This document shows, one piece after another, positions 1-10,061 of a DNA stretch of 64,000 nt. Position 1 is the first letter of the stretch. Each line of letters starts with the position of its first letter. A program made the translations under genes and the position numbers. Source of the DNA: a virus; the IMG/VR virus record IMGVR_UViG_3300008110_010375, one strand, 5' to 3'. Under the pieces are notes generated by a model. That model did no database searches. It was not told the DNA's origin and saw only the letters and a list, made by a program, of their open reading frames with translations.

Positions 1-706
1 CACCGGTACTCTCGACGGCTCGCTGACGAATGAGATCACGCTGACCGGACTCTTCGGTCCAGTCCACAGGGTAACCACCACCAAGTCCCTGATGGACGAC
101 GGGAAGGTCGCGAAGCTCAGCATCAAGGTCATCATACTGAAGCACAAGAAGGAAGACAGGAAGCTCATCTCAAAGGCCAACTATCAGGACGAGGTGGACT
201 GGATAGTCTCAAACCCCGTGAGAAACAAGTTTTTGAGAAACCTCACGCTCTCAGCCGAGGGCAACACACTTTTATTGTTCCAGTTTGTTGACAAACACGG
301 TAAACTGTTGTATGATAGCATTAAGTCGAAAGATCCGAACAGAAAGGTGTTCTTCATACATGGCGGAGTCGACGCAGAAGACCGAGAGAACGTCAGAAGA
401 ATCGTTGAGAGCGAGTCTAACGCTGTTATCGTGGCTAGCTTTGGCACCTTTTCTACCGGCATTAACATTCGCAACCTTCACAACATCGTACTTGCTTCTC
501 CGTCAAAGTCAAGGATAAGGCTGCTGCAGTCGATAGGTCGAGGCCTTCGACTCTCAGACACCAAAGACTCGGTGACGGTGTACGACGTAGGCGACGACCT
601 TCGCCACGGCGACAGAACCAACTACACGCTCCAGCACTTGACCGAGCGCATGGAGATCTACAACTCCGAAGACTTTGACTATAAAATATACACGGTGGAT
701 TTATGA
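1..706 (+). CDS. uvsW: UvsW RNA-DNA/DNA helicase (5' truncated by window)
   Basis: Frame open from position 2 (TGTLDGS...GLFGPV); SF2 motifs ASFGTFSTGINI and LQSIGRGLR; lies upstream of gp55. Confidence 0.93.
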   Translation, partial: TGTLDGSLTNEITLTGLFGPVHRVTTTKSLMDDGKVAKLSIKVIILKHKKEDRKLISKANYQDEVDWIVSNPVRNKFLRNLTLSAEGNTLLLFQFVDKHGKLLYDSIKSKDPNRKVFFIHGGVDAEDRENVRRIVESESNAVIVASFGTFSTGINIRNLHNIVLASPSKSRIRLLQSIGRGLRLSDTKDSVTVYDVGDDLRHGDRTNYTLQHLTERMEIYNSEDFDYKIYTVDL

Positions 707-1269
707 ATAAGCCAGTGCCTAAACACTACGTCGACAACAAGAAGTTCTTTACGGAGATCATACACTACAAGCAGCGCGTGCTCGAGGCCAAGGAGCGCGG
801 CGATGAGAAGCCGCGGATCCCACCGTACATAGGTGAGTGTCTGTATAAGATCGCGTTTCGCCTGTCGCTCAAACCAAACTTCGTGAACTACACCTTTCGC
901 GAGGACATGGTGGCCGACGGGCTTGAGAAGTGCATCGCGTACTTCGACAACTTCGATCCTGAGAAGTCGAGCAACCCGTTCGCCTACTTCACACAGATCA
1001 TCTACTACGCGTTCCTCGCGAGGATCAACGGTGAGAAGAAGCACCTATACATAAAGCAGAAGACGCTTGAGAACTTCTACTTCGAGGGTATGCTCGCTGA
1101 GCAGGGCATGGACGGCGACGAGCGCGCGGTGAACGTCGACCTCGACAACGAGTACATGAAGAACTTGGTCTCCACCTACGACAAGAAGCAGGAGGAGAAG
1201 AAGGCTAAGATCAAGGCGAAGAAGACCGCCGGCAACCTAGATAAGTACTTTGGTGAGTTACCTGAATGA
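703..1269 (+). CDS. 55: Late-transcription sigma factor gp55
   Basis: HYVDNKKF, NFVNYTFREDMVADG and NPFAYFTQIIYYAFL motifs. Confidence 0.95.
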   Translation: MNKPVPKHYVDNKKFFTEIIHYKQRVLEAKERGDEKPRIPPYIGECLYKIAFRLSLKPNFVNYTFREDMVADGLEKCIAYFDNFDPEKSSNPFAYFTQIIYYAFLARINGEKKHLYIKQKTLENFYFEGMLAEQGMDGDERAVNVDLDNEYMKNLVSTYDKKQEEKKAKIKAKKTAGNLDKYFGELPE

Positions 1270-2336
1270 AGATCGCACTTATAACGGACACACACTGGGG
1301 AATCAGAAACGATTCTCCGGTGATGCTGAGCCAGATGAAGAAGTTTTTAGATGAAGTTTTCTTTCCTACGATCGATAGTCAAGATATCTATACTGTTATC
1401 CATCTGGGGGATCTTGTTGATCGCCGCAAGTACATTAATTATGTGACGGCGAAGCGCCTGCGCGACGACTTCCTTGAGCCACTTCGCCGACGCAACATCG
1501 ACGTGCACATCATCGCCGGCAACCACGATACGTACTTCAAGAACACGAACGACATCAACAGTCTTCGTGAGCTGCTTGATCGTAAGTATCCCAACATCAA
1601 CATATACGACAACGTTGCAGCGGAGATGATCTTCGCGGATAAGACCAAGATATTCATGCTGCCGTGGATCTGCGACGAGAATCGCGATCAGTGCATGAAG
1701 GCGATCGACGAGACCAACGCCCCGATACTGATGGGGCACTTGGAGCTCAACGGATTTGAGATGTACAGGGGACAGGTGAATGAACACGGCGATGATCCTA
1801 AGATCTTTGATAAGTTCGATCTCGTATGCTCTGGGCATTATCATACTCGCTCCTCTCGCTCTAACATTCACTACCTTGGCACTCCTGCTCAATACACTTG
1901 GTCTGATTACGGAGACACTAAGGGCTTTTATGTGCTGGATACGGAAACTCGAGGGTTGACATTTATCGAAAACCCGTATAAGATATTCTTTAAGTTTCAC
2001 TACGACGACATCAACAAGCAGATGGACGAGGTCTTGGTGTTCGACGCCGCGCAGTACAAGGATACGTACGTCAAGGTGATCGTCAAGAACAAGACCAACC
2101 CGTACTGGTTCGACCTTGTGATCGATAAGATCGAGAAGTCCGGACCCGCCGACATCCAGATCGTCGAGGATCACTTCAACCTGAACCTTGAGGACGACAA
2201 CGACATCGTCAACGAGGCTGAGGACACCATCACCATCATACGCAAGTTCGTCGACTCGATGAACGTGAACACCGATAAGAAGCGCGTTGAAAACATCATC
2301 CAGTCACTATACATTGAAGCGCACGAGATAGAATGA
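1266..2336 (+). CDS. 47: Recombination endonuclease subunit gp47 (Mre11/SbcD-like)
   Basis: Metallophosphoesterase motifs TDTHWG, GDLVD, GNHD, SGHYH. Confidence 0.95.
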   Translation: MKIALITDTHWGIRNDSPVMLSQMKKFLDEVFFPTIDSQDIYTVIHLGDLVDRRKYINYVTAKRLRDDFLEPLRRRNIDVHIIAGNHDTYFKNTNDINSLRELLDRKYPNINIYDNVAAEMIFADKTKIFMLPWICDENRDQCMKAIDETNAPILMGHLELNGFEMYRGQVNEHGDDPKIFDKFDLVCSGHYHTRSSRSNIHYLGTPAQYTWSDYGDTKGFYVLDTETRGLTFIENPYKIFFKFHYDDINKQMDEVLVFDAAQYKDTYVKVIVKNKTNPYWFDLVIDKIEKSGPADIQIVEDHFNLNLEDDNDIVNEAEDTITIIRKFVDSMNVNTDKKRVENIIQSLYIEAHEIE

Positions 2337-4048
2337 TCTACTTCAAAGCAATCCGTTGGAAGAACTTCTTATCAACAGGAAACGCTTTCACCGAGCTGAA
2401 GTTGAACCAGTCGGACACCACACTCATCGTAGGTGAGAACGGTGCCGGCAAGTCGACGCTGCTCGATGCATTGTCGTTTGTACTGTACAACAAGCCATTC
2501 CGCAAAGTCAACAAGTCTCAGCTGATGAACTCGATCAACAAGAAAGATACGTTGGTTGAGATCGACTTCGACATTGGGTCGAACCGATACCACATCAAGC
2601 GCGGCATGAAGCCGAACGTCTTCGAGGTTCACCAGAACGGTAAGCTGCTCAACCAAGAGGCGGCGGACCGCGACTATCAGACTGTGCTTGAGAAGCAGAT
2701 CCTAAAGCTGAATCACAAGAGCTTCTGTCAAGTCGTGGTGCTCGGCTCAGCCTCGTTCGTCCCGTTCATGGAGCTTCCCGCCGGTCAGCGGCGCGAGGTG
2801 ATCGAAGACTTGCTCGACATCCAGATATTCTCGGTGATGAACTCACTGCTCAGGGAAAAGATCTCAGGCAACAACGCCGCGATCACCAAGGTCGAGTACG
2901 AATGCGACCTGACGTCTGAGAAGATCAAGATGCAGACGCAGATCATCGAGAGCACGAAGCTTCTCAACGACACATACGTGGCGAAGCTCAAGGAAGAGCT
3001 AAATAAGAACACAGACAGGATAGAGGAGGAGCGCGATGCTGTTAAGCGACTCAGCGAGAAAGCAGTATCCCTTAAAGCCGAGATCGAAGACCAAGAGTCG
3101 ATCGGCGAGCGTCAAAAAAAGCTACAACGACTCGAGGTACAACTCGCTGATAAAGTTGCCAAACTCACGGCTGACATCGAGTTCTTTTCTTCACACGATA
3201 GCTGTCCTACATGCAAGCAGGACATTGACCATACCTTTAAGTGTGAGACTGTCGGTGATAAACAGGGCCAAGTTCAAGAAACACGGGACGCAATCGATAA
3301 ACTACAAGTGGAGATCACGCGAGTTCTTGATAGGCTACAATCCATCGCACGGGTGGCTGCTGACATTAATTCCGTGAACATCGAAGTCATCACCAAGAAC
3401 AACACGATCAGCAATTTGATCGACCAGTGCAAGTCGCTCGCGGCTAAGATCAAGGAGACTCAGGAGTACAACGATAAGCTCGTGATCGACGACGGCGTCA
3501 TGAAGGAGCTCGAGAGAACGCTCGGTAGACTCTCCGACGACAAGGCCGAGCTGCTGCGCGACAAAGACGCCCTCAACGTCGCGTCGATCATCCTCAAAGA
3601 TACCGGCATCAAGGCTAAGATCATCAAGCAGTACGTGCCGGTCATCAACCGACTCATCAACAAGTACCTGTCGGCGATGGACTTCTTCGTCAACTTCGAG
3701 ATGGATGAGAACTTCGAGGAGAAGATCAAGTCGCGATTCCGCGATGAGTTCTCATACGCATCGTTCTCAGAGGGCGAGAAGATGAGGATCAATCTGGCGA
3801 TCCTATTCACGTGGCGGGCGATCGCCAGACTCCGCAACAGCGCGTCGACGAATCTACTGATCATGGACGAGGTGCTCGACGGGTCGCTCGACTCCAACGG
3901 CACCGATGAGTTCCTCAAGATAATCAGCAACCTGACGCTCGACACCAACACCTTCATCATCAGCCACAAAGTGGATCAGATGGTGGATAAGTTCGCCAAC
4001 GTCATCAAGTTTGAGAAGCACAAGAACTTCAGTAGGATAGCGGCGTGA
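2333..4048 (+). CDS. 46: Recombination ATPase subunit gp46 (Rad50/SbcC-like)
   Basis: Walker A GENGAGKS, CPTC zinc hook, FSEGE signature, LLIMDE Walker B. Confidence 0.96.
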   Translation: MIYFKAIRWKNFLSTGNAFTELKLNQSDTTLIVGENGAGKSTLLDALSFVLYNKPFRKVNKSQLMNSINKKDTLVEIDFDIGSNRYHIKRGMKPNVFEVHQNGKLLNQEAADRDYQTVLEKQILKLNHKSFCQVVVLGSASFVPFMELPAGQRREVIEDLLDIQIFSVMNSLLREKISGNNAAITKVEYECDLTSEKIKMQTQIIESTKLLNDTYVAKLKEELNKNTDRIEEERDAVKRLSEKAVSLKAEIEDQESIGERQKKLQRLEVQLADKVAKLTADIEFFSSHDSCPTCKQDIDHTFKCETVGDKQGQVQETRDAIDKLQVEITRVLDRLQSIARVAADINSVNIEVITKNNTISNLIDQCKSLAAKIKETQEYNDKLVIDDGVMKELERTLGRLSDDKAELLRDKDALNVASIILKDTGIKAKIIKQYVPVINRLINKYLSAMDFFVNFEMDENFEEKIKSRFRDEFSYASFSEGEKMRINLAILFTWRAIARLRNSASTNLLIMDEVLDGSLDSNGTDEFLKIISNLTLDTNTFIISHKVDQMVDKFANVIKFEKHKNFSRIAA

Positions 4049-4686
4049 CCAAGAAGCAATATCTTAACAACTTTCATTCAACTGAACTCGCTGATAAGAT
4101 AAAGAAACTTTACAGCTGCGAGTTGATCACACACGATCAATATATGAATATGAATCCTAGAAAAAGTTTAATTTATCAGTATTTTACTATTGACACTTTC
4201 TACTATTTGGATATGATATTTGACAATGAAGACTACGACTATTACGATATAGGTTGTGGTGATAATTTTTTTAAGAAAATTTATAGCGACAAGTTTAATG
4301 TAATAGGTATAGATACTAATGATGATGCTGATCTTCACTGTACCTTTGAAGAATTTTTGAGTAAGAATAGAAACAAAGTCGATAGAGCCTTTGCCATCAA
4401 CTCTCTGCATTTTGTACCATTTGAAAGAATAAAAGATAGAATCATAGAATACATATCAATGTTCAAGAAAGATGGTAAAGGGCTAATCACGTTCAATATA
4501 GGTATGATGAATAGGCTTAATAAAGTTCATCAGACTAAATACGTATTCGTTGAAGCGATGCAGAGTTTAAAGAATGATCTAAAAGATAAAGTCGACTTCT
4601 TCTTCGTTGAAATAAGCGATGAAGGAGCGAACGGAATCGACGGTACCACTAAGATATGCTTCAAAGTTTTAGAAGAGATTGAATGA
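4045..4686 (+). CDS. Putative class I SAM-dependent methyltransferase, AT-rich
   Basis: YDIGCGDN motif I, VIGID, INSLHF; visibly lower GC than flanks. Confidence 0.6.
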   Translation: MTKKQYLNNFHSTELADKIKKLYSCELITHDQYMNMNPRKSLIYQYFTIDTFYYLDMIFDNEDYDYYDIGCGDNFFKKIYSDKFNVIGIDTNDDADLHCTFEEFLSKNRNKVDRAFAINSLHFVPFERIKDRIIEYISMFKKDGKGLITFNIGMMNRLNKVHQTKYVFVEAMQSLKNDLKDKVDFFFVEISDEGANGIDGTTKICFKVLEEIE

Positions 4687-5191
4687 TATGACAGAGATCG
4701 TAAAGTTTCCTAACCCCATACTAAGGATGCCGACGCGCCAGTTCAACTTCGTCAACCCAGAAGTTGATCCACATGAGCTCGTGCAGGAGATGCTTCAAGT
4801 TATGAACGACAACAAGGGTATAGGTCTGTCGGCGAATCAGATCGGCTACAACCTACGCGTATTTGTGATGCGCGGTTTAGAACAGAACTACGCCTGCTTC
4901 AACCCAAAGATCGTGAGCTTCGGCGAAGGCACGAACGTTCTTGAAGAGGGATGCCTATCTTTTCCCGGTCTGAACGTAAAGATCAAGCGATTCAACAGCC
5001 TGCGCCTAAGGTTCCAGACCGCGTCAGGCGACGTGGATACGATCAACGTTTCAGGTCTGACGGCCCGTGTCGTGCAGCACGAGATCGACCATCTAGATGG
5101 ATACGAGTTCTTCAATCGCGCGAATAAGTTTCATCGCGACAAAGCGTTCAAGAAGCAGAAGGAATACTTAAATGGAACTAGATCAGCATAA
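4679..5191 (+). CDS. def: Peptide deformylase
   Basis: GIGLSANQ, EGCLS and QHEIDHLDG motifs. Confidence 0.95.
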   Translation: MNDMTEIVKFPNPILRMPTRQFNFVNPEVDPHELVQEMLQVMNDNKGIGLSANQIGYNLRVFVMRGLEQNYACFNPKIVSFGEGTNVLEEGCLSFPGLNVKIKRFNSLRLRFQTASGDVDTINVSGLTARVVQHEIDHLDGYEFFNRANKFHRDKAFKKQKEYLNGTRSA

Positions 5192-5438
5192 GCGTCCTGG
5201 GTTCAGGATCAAAGACTACTTCATCAGCTTTCCGGAAGGTGAGTTTGTCCATGAAAACGACGACGGGACCATGTCATTAGATATTGACATTTTCCGTATC
5301 GATGGTAATAATAACCTTGTAGCCATGGATGAAGCCAGCAAAGACGCGGAGATCGAAGCCCTTCGGCCAGAGATCGAGGCGTGGGTAAACACAGCTCTAG
5401 AAGAAGCTATCAAGCGAGCCGAGGAAGAACATAAGTGA
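5172..5438 (+). CDS. Hypothetical protein
   Basis: ORF packed between neighbours with overlapping start/stop. Confidence 0.6.
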   Translation: MELDQHKRPGFRIKDYFISFPEGEFVHENDDGTMSLDIDIFRIDGNNNLVAMDEASKDAEIEALRPEIEAWVNTALEEAIKRAEEEHK

Positions 5439-5974
5439 ACATATTCTACATCAGTGAAGACCCGTTCGAAGCCGCCCAGATGATGGTCGACAAGCACGTG
5501 GTCAAGATGATCCTCGAGTCGGCGCAGCTTCTATCGACCGCGCACCGTCTCATCGACGGCGAGGAATTCGTCGGTCAGTCTCTCTCCGGTCGCAAAGCAA
5601 AGCGCTGGCGTCTTCCAGACTTTCGCGACGCGGTCTTATATCAAGCCACGCACATCAACCACCCGTCGGCGGTCTGGTGTCGCGAGTCCCGCGAGAACTA
5701 CAACTGGCTGTTCAGGCACTTCGCCGCGCTGATGGCCGAGTATACCCATCGCTACGGTAAGCACCACAAGTGCGAGGGTCAGCTCGCTGAGTACTTGATG
5801 CAGTCACCAAACAACATCGCCAAGGGCGGCTTGACCAAGATGCCTTCGGCCATGGCCGACGAGTACAAGATCAGCGACGACCCGTTGACAAACTACAGAA
5901 ACTATTATAAGATCGGTAAATCTAGAATGCATAGATGGACCAAACGCCAACCGCCGGAATGGATAGCAGCATGA
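5435..5974 (+). CDS. Pyrimidine-dimer DNA glycosylase (DenV-like) family protein
   Basis: MNIFY...DKHVVKMILESAQLLSTAH...HINHPSAVW...YRNYY pattern. Confidence 0.75.
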   Translation: MNIFYISEDPFEAAQMMVDKHVVKMILESAQLLSTAHRLIDGEEFVGQSLSGRKAKRWRLPDFRDAVLYQATHINHPSAVWCRESRENYNWLFRHFAALMAEYTHRYGKHHKCEGQLAEYLMQSPNNIAKGGLTKMPSAMADEYKISDDPLTNYRNYYKIGKSRMHRWTKRQPPEWIAA

Positions 5975-6372
5975 GCAAAGACTGGGTACACGACATCGCG
6001 ATGATGCATGAGCACTACAAAGTGCATCCCGTCATCGAGAACATGGATAAAGAAACCCTTGAGAAGTTTCTCAAGTTCCGCATCAACTTCCTCAAAGAAG
6101 AACTCGACGAGCTTCGCGACGCTGAGAACGCCGAAGACGTCGTCGACGCGCTCATCGACCTCTGCGTCGTGGCGATCGGTACGCTTGACACCTTCAAGGT
6201 GGACTCACACAAAGCTTGGGACGCGGTTCTGGAAGCCAACATGAACAAGAAGACCGGTGTCAAGGCGAGCCGCCCGAACCCGCTTGGACTTCCAGACCTG
6301 ATCAAGCCGGAAGGCTGGGAGCCCCCAAGCCATTCAAACAATTACGGTTTTTTAAGTAAAATCTTTGGTTGA
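5971..6372 (+). CDS. MazG-like / all-alpha NTP pyrophosphohydrolase
   Basis: LKEELDEL...DALIDL...VLEANMNK...DLIKPEGW. Confidence 0.8.
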   Translation: MSKDWVHDIAMMHEHYKVHPVIENMDKETLEKFLKFRINFLKEELDELRDAENAEDVVDALIDLCVVAIGTLDTFKVDSHKAWDAVLEANMNKKTGVKASRPNPLGLPDLIKPEGWEPPSHSNNYGFLSKIFG

Positions 6373-6397
6373 CATTTTAATCTACTCATTGTATACT
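6369..6397 (+). promoter_or_regulatory. Sigma70-type promoter
   Basis: TTGACA-17nt-TATACT upstream of the modification cluster. Confidence 0.75.
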
Positions 6398-6438
6398 ATA
6401 AAAGTATCCTGCGCTGAGCGCTTAATTCGGAGAAAAAT

Positions 6439-7023
6439 ATGAGTGACCTTGCTACCTACGCCGACAAGATTTTGTCGGCTGAACCTGTAAAAGTCCAAAG
6501 AACAGAAGAGCTAAATAAAAAGTTCACGGATATAGCGAATGAGATTTATCGCTGTCCTTTTCGCAATAAGAATCGTCGTGAATTTAAGACTGTGTTTGAG
6601 TCCGTCGAAAAGATGGTCATTGAACACGCACTATCAAAGCTCACTGGACTTGCGATGAACTGGCAATCTTTTGATCACACCAATCGTGATACATACGCTT
6701 GGGACGTGATTGATCTAGAAACTAAAAAAACTTTTGAGTGCAAGCGCTGGGCCGAGAAGTGGTTTTCATTCAACAATAAAGATATCTCAACGTTCACAAA
6801 AAACATCGACATCATCGACTACTTCGTGTCGGGCAAAGTGTTTCGCACGCCGTCTTTCTATACGGTGGCTTTTCACTTGGTAGCCGACGCGAAGTCGTTC
6901 GAGAAGTATGTTCGCCCATCACAGTACACAACAAAACTGTACTACGATCACCACACGGCTATGAAGAAAGGTGACGCTTTCTTTCGTGACCACGTCTATT
7001 TTGAGAATGGAACAGCAGCATGA
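6439..7023 (+). CDS. Hypothetical protein, possible PD-(D/E)xK nuclease
   Basis: GGAG RBS; WDVIDLETKKTFECK resembles a D...ExK active site. Confidence 0.45.
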   Translation: MSDLATYADKILSAEPVKVQRTEELNKKFTDIANEIYRCPFRNKNRREFKTVFESVEKMVIEHALSKLTGLAMNWQSFDHTNRDTYAWDVIDLETKKTFECKRWAEKWFSFNNKDISTFTKNIDIIDYFVSGKVFRTPSFYTVAFHLVADAKSFEKYVRPSQYTTKLYYDHHTAMKKGDAFFRDHVYFENGTAA

Positions 7024-7385
7024 CAGACAAAGAATCCGTGAAAGTGCTTCAAGAGTGCATCGACCTGCAGCTCAAGAAGTCTCAAGACTATCAGAACCCG
7101 AACTCAAACGTGGTTCAAGCCATGCACTACCGCCGCGGCATCGATACGATCCACGACACGCTTCAAGGCAAGCTCTATCGCGCCCAATCGCTTCTTGAGT
7201 CCGGCCGCGCCGACCAAGCGAACTTCGAGTCGCTTGAGGACACGTACAAAGATCTCATCAACTACGCTTCCTTCGCAGTGTCTTGGCTTCGCGGCAAGAT
7301 CGAAGGCCAAGATCCCGAGCGCGACATCTTCAACAAGAAGCGCGAGCAGTCAAAGTACTATTACGAGAAAGATCGCAACAAATGA
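7020..7385 (+). CDS. Nucleotide-modification-associated domain 1 (DUF1599-like) protein
   Basis: KKSQDY...KLYR...ESLEDTYKDLINYA pattern; adjacent to dCMP hydroxymethylase. Confidence 0.65.
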   Translation: MTDKESVKVLQECIDLQLKKSQDYQNPNSNVVQAMHYRRGIDTIHDTLQGKLYRAQSLLESGRADQANFESLEDTYKDLINYASFAVSWLRGKIEGQDPERDIFNKKREQSKYYYEKDRNK

Positions 7386-8029
7386 TGACGATCGACGAGA
7401 TACGACTTCGCTTCAAGTACGACTACGACCTCGAAGTCTTTGTGACCGATAAGTCAGGCGTCAGGATGCTCGAGATCATGAACGCCAGCTTCATCGCCGA
7501 TCGACCGACGATCTTCGGCACGATCAACGAAGACTACGTCAAGCGCGAGCTTGAGTGGTACGAGTCTATGTCGCGCAACGTCAACGATATTCCCGGCGGG
7601 CCTCCGGCGATCTGGCAGCAGGTCGCGAGCGAGAGCGGTGAGATCAACTCCAACTACGGTTGGTGCATCTGGTCGGACGCGAACTACGCACAGTACGACA
7701 ACGTAGTCGCCGAGCTTCAAAAGAACCCAGAGTCTCGACGCGCGACCATGATCTACACACGCCCAAGTATGTGGCTCGACTACAATCGCGACGGCATGAG
7801 CGACTTCATGTGCACCAACACCGTGCAGTATATGATCCGACACGATCGCCTGCACGCTCTCGTGTACATGCGTTCGAACGACGTCGTGTTCGGCTACAAG
7901 AACGATCGCGCTTGGCAGAAGCACGTGCTCGATCGCCTCTGCGATGAGCTCGGCTACGAGCCCGGAAACATCTACTGGAACGTCGCCTCGCTCCATGTGT
8001 ATGAGAGGCACATCGACCTTGTCCGGTAA
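7382..8029 (+). CDS. 42: dCMP hydroxymethylase (T4 gp42-like)
   Basis: SDFMCTNTVQY...MRSNDVVFGYKND closely matches T4 gp42, including the Asp that selects dCMP over dUMP. Confidence 0.9.
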   Translation: MMTIDEIRLRFKYDYDLEVFVTDKSGVRMLEIMNASFIADRPTIFGTINEDYVKRELEWYESMSRNVNDIPGGPPAIWQQVASESGEINSNYGWCIWSDANYAQYDNVVAELQKNPESRRATMIYTRPSMWLDYNRDGMSDFMCTNTVQYMIRHDRLHALVYMRSNDVVFGYKNDRAWQKHVLDRLCDELGYEPGNIYWNVASLHVYERHIDLVR

Positions 8030-8519
8030 GTGGATCGATAAGTACTTCAAGCTCGCTGAGCAGGTGTCGAGTTGGTCGAAAGACCCAAGCACCAAGGTCG
8101 GTGCGATCGCCGTCGGCGCGAAGGGTCAGATCCTGTCGCAGGGATACAACGGGTTCCCACGCGGGATCGAGGACAGTGAAGCTCGGCTGAGCGATCGCGG
8201 ACAGAAGTATAAGTTCGTGGTCCACGCCGAGCAGAACTGCATCTACAACGCGACGCTGAACGGGGTCAGCCTGTCAGACGCCGATATGTACATCTGGGGA
8301 CTTCCTCTCTGCTCGGAGTGCGCGAAGGGTGTCATCCAAGTGGGCGTCAAGCGCGTCTTCATGTGCTACCCTTCTGAGATCCCAAGTAAATGGAGCGACT
8401 CGTTCGAGCTGACGGCCGCTATGTTGAATGAAGCTAAAGTTGAGTGGAAGTGCTATGAATCGAGTCTTAGTAGTAGGTATGAACCCGTCGAACACTCCGG
8501 GAACGACGACGGGCGTTGA
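8019..8519 (+). CDS. cd: dCMP deaminase
   Basis: SKDPSTKVGA, GYNGFPRG, HAEQN and PLCSEC zinc motifs; TTG start inferred. Confidence 0.9.
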   Translation: MSGKWIDKYFKLAEQVSSWSKDPSTKVGAIAVGAKGQILSQGYNGFPRGIEDSEARLSDRGQKYKFVVHAEQNCIYNATLNGVSLSDADMYIWGLPLCSECAKGVIQVGVKRVFMCYPSEIPSKWSDSFELTAAMLNEAKVEWKCYESSLSSRYEPVEHSGNDDGR

Positions 8520-8832
8520 GCGCAAGAACTCAACGTTCGATCGCCTGCACAAGTGGTTCGATCACGCCGGCGTTCACTACTTCTCTTTCGTAAATACAAC
8601 CGACAAGCGCGGTGAGATCAAGCCGGTCGACATCGACTGGGATACACTCAAGCTGTGTCTCAAAGGTCACACCAAGATTATTGCACTCGGCGGCTTCGCC
8701 TCGACGGCGCTTGGCAGGCTAAATATAGAACACTACACTTTGCCGCACCCGTCACCTCGCAACAGGAAGTTCAACGACGCGGCCTATGAACCAATGGTCA
8801 TGGAAGACTTGAGAAGGTACGTTACAAAATGA
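8455..8832 (+). CDS. Uracil-DNA-glycosylase-superfamily small protein
   Basis: VLVVGMNPS (motif A-like), IIALG and LPHPSPRN (motif B-like). Confidence 0.65.
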   Translation: MNRVLVVGMNPSNTPGTTTGVERKNSTFDRLHKWFDHAGVHYFSFVNTTDKRGEIKPVDIDWDTLKLCLKGHTKIIALGGFASTALGRLNIEHYTLPHPSPRNRKFNDAAYEPMVMEDLRRYVTK

Positions 8833-10061
8833 AAGTTGCGATTCTCATGGGACGCGGCATCGAGGGATGCGGCGTCTCTAAGTTTACTATCGAGATGGCG
8901 AAGTACCTGCAGAAGCACGGTCACGAATACGTCGTCATCGCGGCCAAGGACAAGACTTGGTCGCGAAAGAACTCTCATGAGATGCCCAACCTCATGTACA
9001 TCAAGTTCGCCGAGGACGGCGCGGTCGATCACGTTGCCGACGCCTGCAACACCTGCGACTTGGTCGTCATCAACTCGCTGCCTCCGTTCGCCTACAAGAA
9101 GAACTTGAACTACGACGTCAAGGTCGCTGAGAACTTCCGCAAGATACTGCAGAAGATCCAAGCGCCTACGGTGTTGTTTCAACACGACCATAATAAGATC
9201 TCAATCACGCGCAACGACTGCCTTAAGGAATCTATCGAGAAGTCGAAGGCTCTGTTCGCCCACTCACCGACCGGCGACTTCGCGACGGTAGTCGAGTCGC
9301 TGTCTGAAGTCGGCGGGGTGTTAGGGTTCTTTGGCGCTGAGCCTGTGAAGCGTGAGATCTTAAACTTCCAGCCCGGGATGTATTTCGACGAGGTGCGCAA
9401 GAAGTACTGGAAACCCATCGAGCAGACGGACAAGATGTGTCACCGTTGGATCGGCCGCATGGCGCTGTGGAAGGGTCCGCGACTGATGTTCGACTTCCAT
9501 GAGAAGCACCTGCGCAAGATGAACGCGCTGACGATCCTCGAGGGCATGGAGAAGTCGCTGGCTTTCGTCGAGATCAAGCAGAAGTACTCATTCCAGTACT
9601 TCAACACCGAGAACCCCGACAACGTCGACTTTACTAAATACTACGGCGACACCGCGACAGTGTTCTCATTCTACAAGAACCATGAGCTGCTCGAGCGCCT
9701 CTCAAAGTCGGGATACGGGTACCAGCTCTCGCTTCTGGACTCAAGGTACATCAAGCGATCGATCGAGTACACACACTGCGAGGTCGCCGCCGCCGGAGCG
9801 ATTCCAGTCTTTCATCGCGGATACGGCGAAGCCTGCACGCATCGAGTCCTCGGCAAGCCCTTGACAGAATGCGCCGACAGTGGTACAATCTGGCTATCAA
9901 ACGACAACATGGAGCAGTGTGCTGATTTGATCGCGACGCTCAACACAGACGACGGCCTTCGCGACGAGTATCGCGAGAAGGCCTATGAGTTCTATAAATC
10001 ACACCAAGACGCAGACGCTGTCTTCGACGAAGCGTTCAAACTGATCGGAGAGGCGAAATGA
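8829..10061 (+). CDS. agt: DNA alpha-glucosyltransferase (T4 AGT-like)
   Basis: GRGIEGCGVSKF, QHDH, NFQP, RWIGR..WKG, RSIEYTH and REKAYEFY..HQD collinear with T4 AGT. Confidence 0.9.
   Translation: MKVAILMGRGIEGCGVSKFTIEMAKYLQKHGHEYVVIAAKDKTWSRKNSHEMPNLMYIKFAEDGAVDHVADACNTCDLVVINSLPPFAYKKNLNYDVKVAENFRKILQKIQAPTVLFQHDHNKISITRNDCLKESIEKSKALFAHSPTGDFATVVESLSEVGGVLGFFGAEPVKREILNFQPGMYFDEVRKKYWKPIEQTDKMCHRWIGRMALWKGPRLMFDFHEKHLRKMNALTILEGMEKSLAFVEIKQKYSFQYFNTENPDNVDFTKYYGDTATVFSFYKNHELLERLSKSGYGYQLSLLDSRYIKRSIEYTHCEVAAAGAIPVFHRGYGEACTHRVLGKPLTECADSGTIWLSNDNMEQCADLIATLNTDDGLRDEYREKAYEFYKSHQDADAVFDEAFKLIGEAK

Noticed and set aside
7382-8029. Canonical thymidylate synthase ThyA/Td
   Set aside because: Sequence matches gp42 with the dCMP-specifying Asp; ThyX at 49362 supplies dTMP
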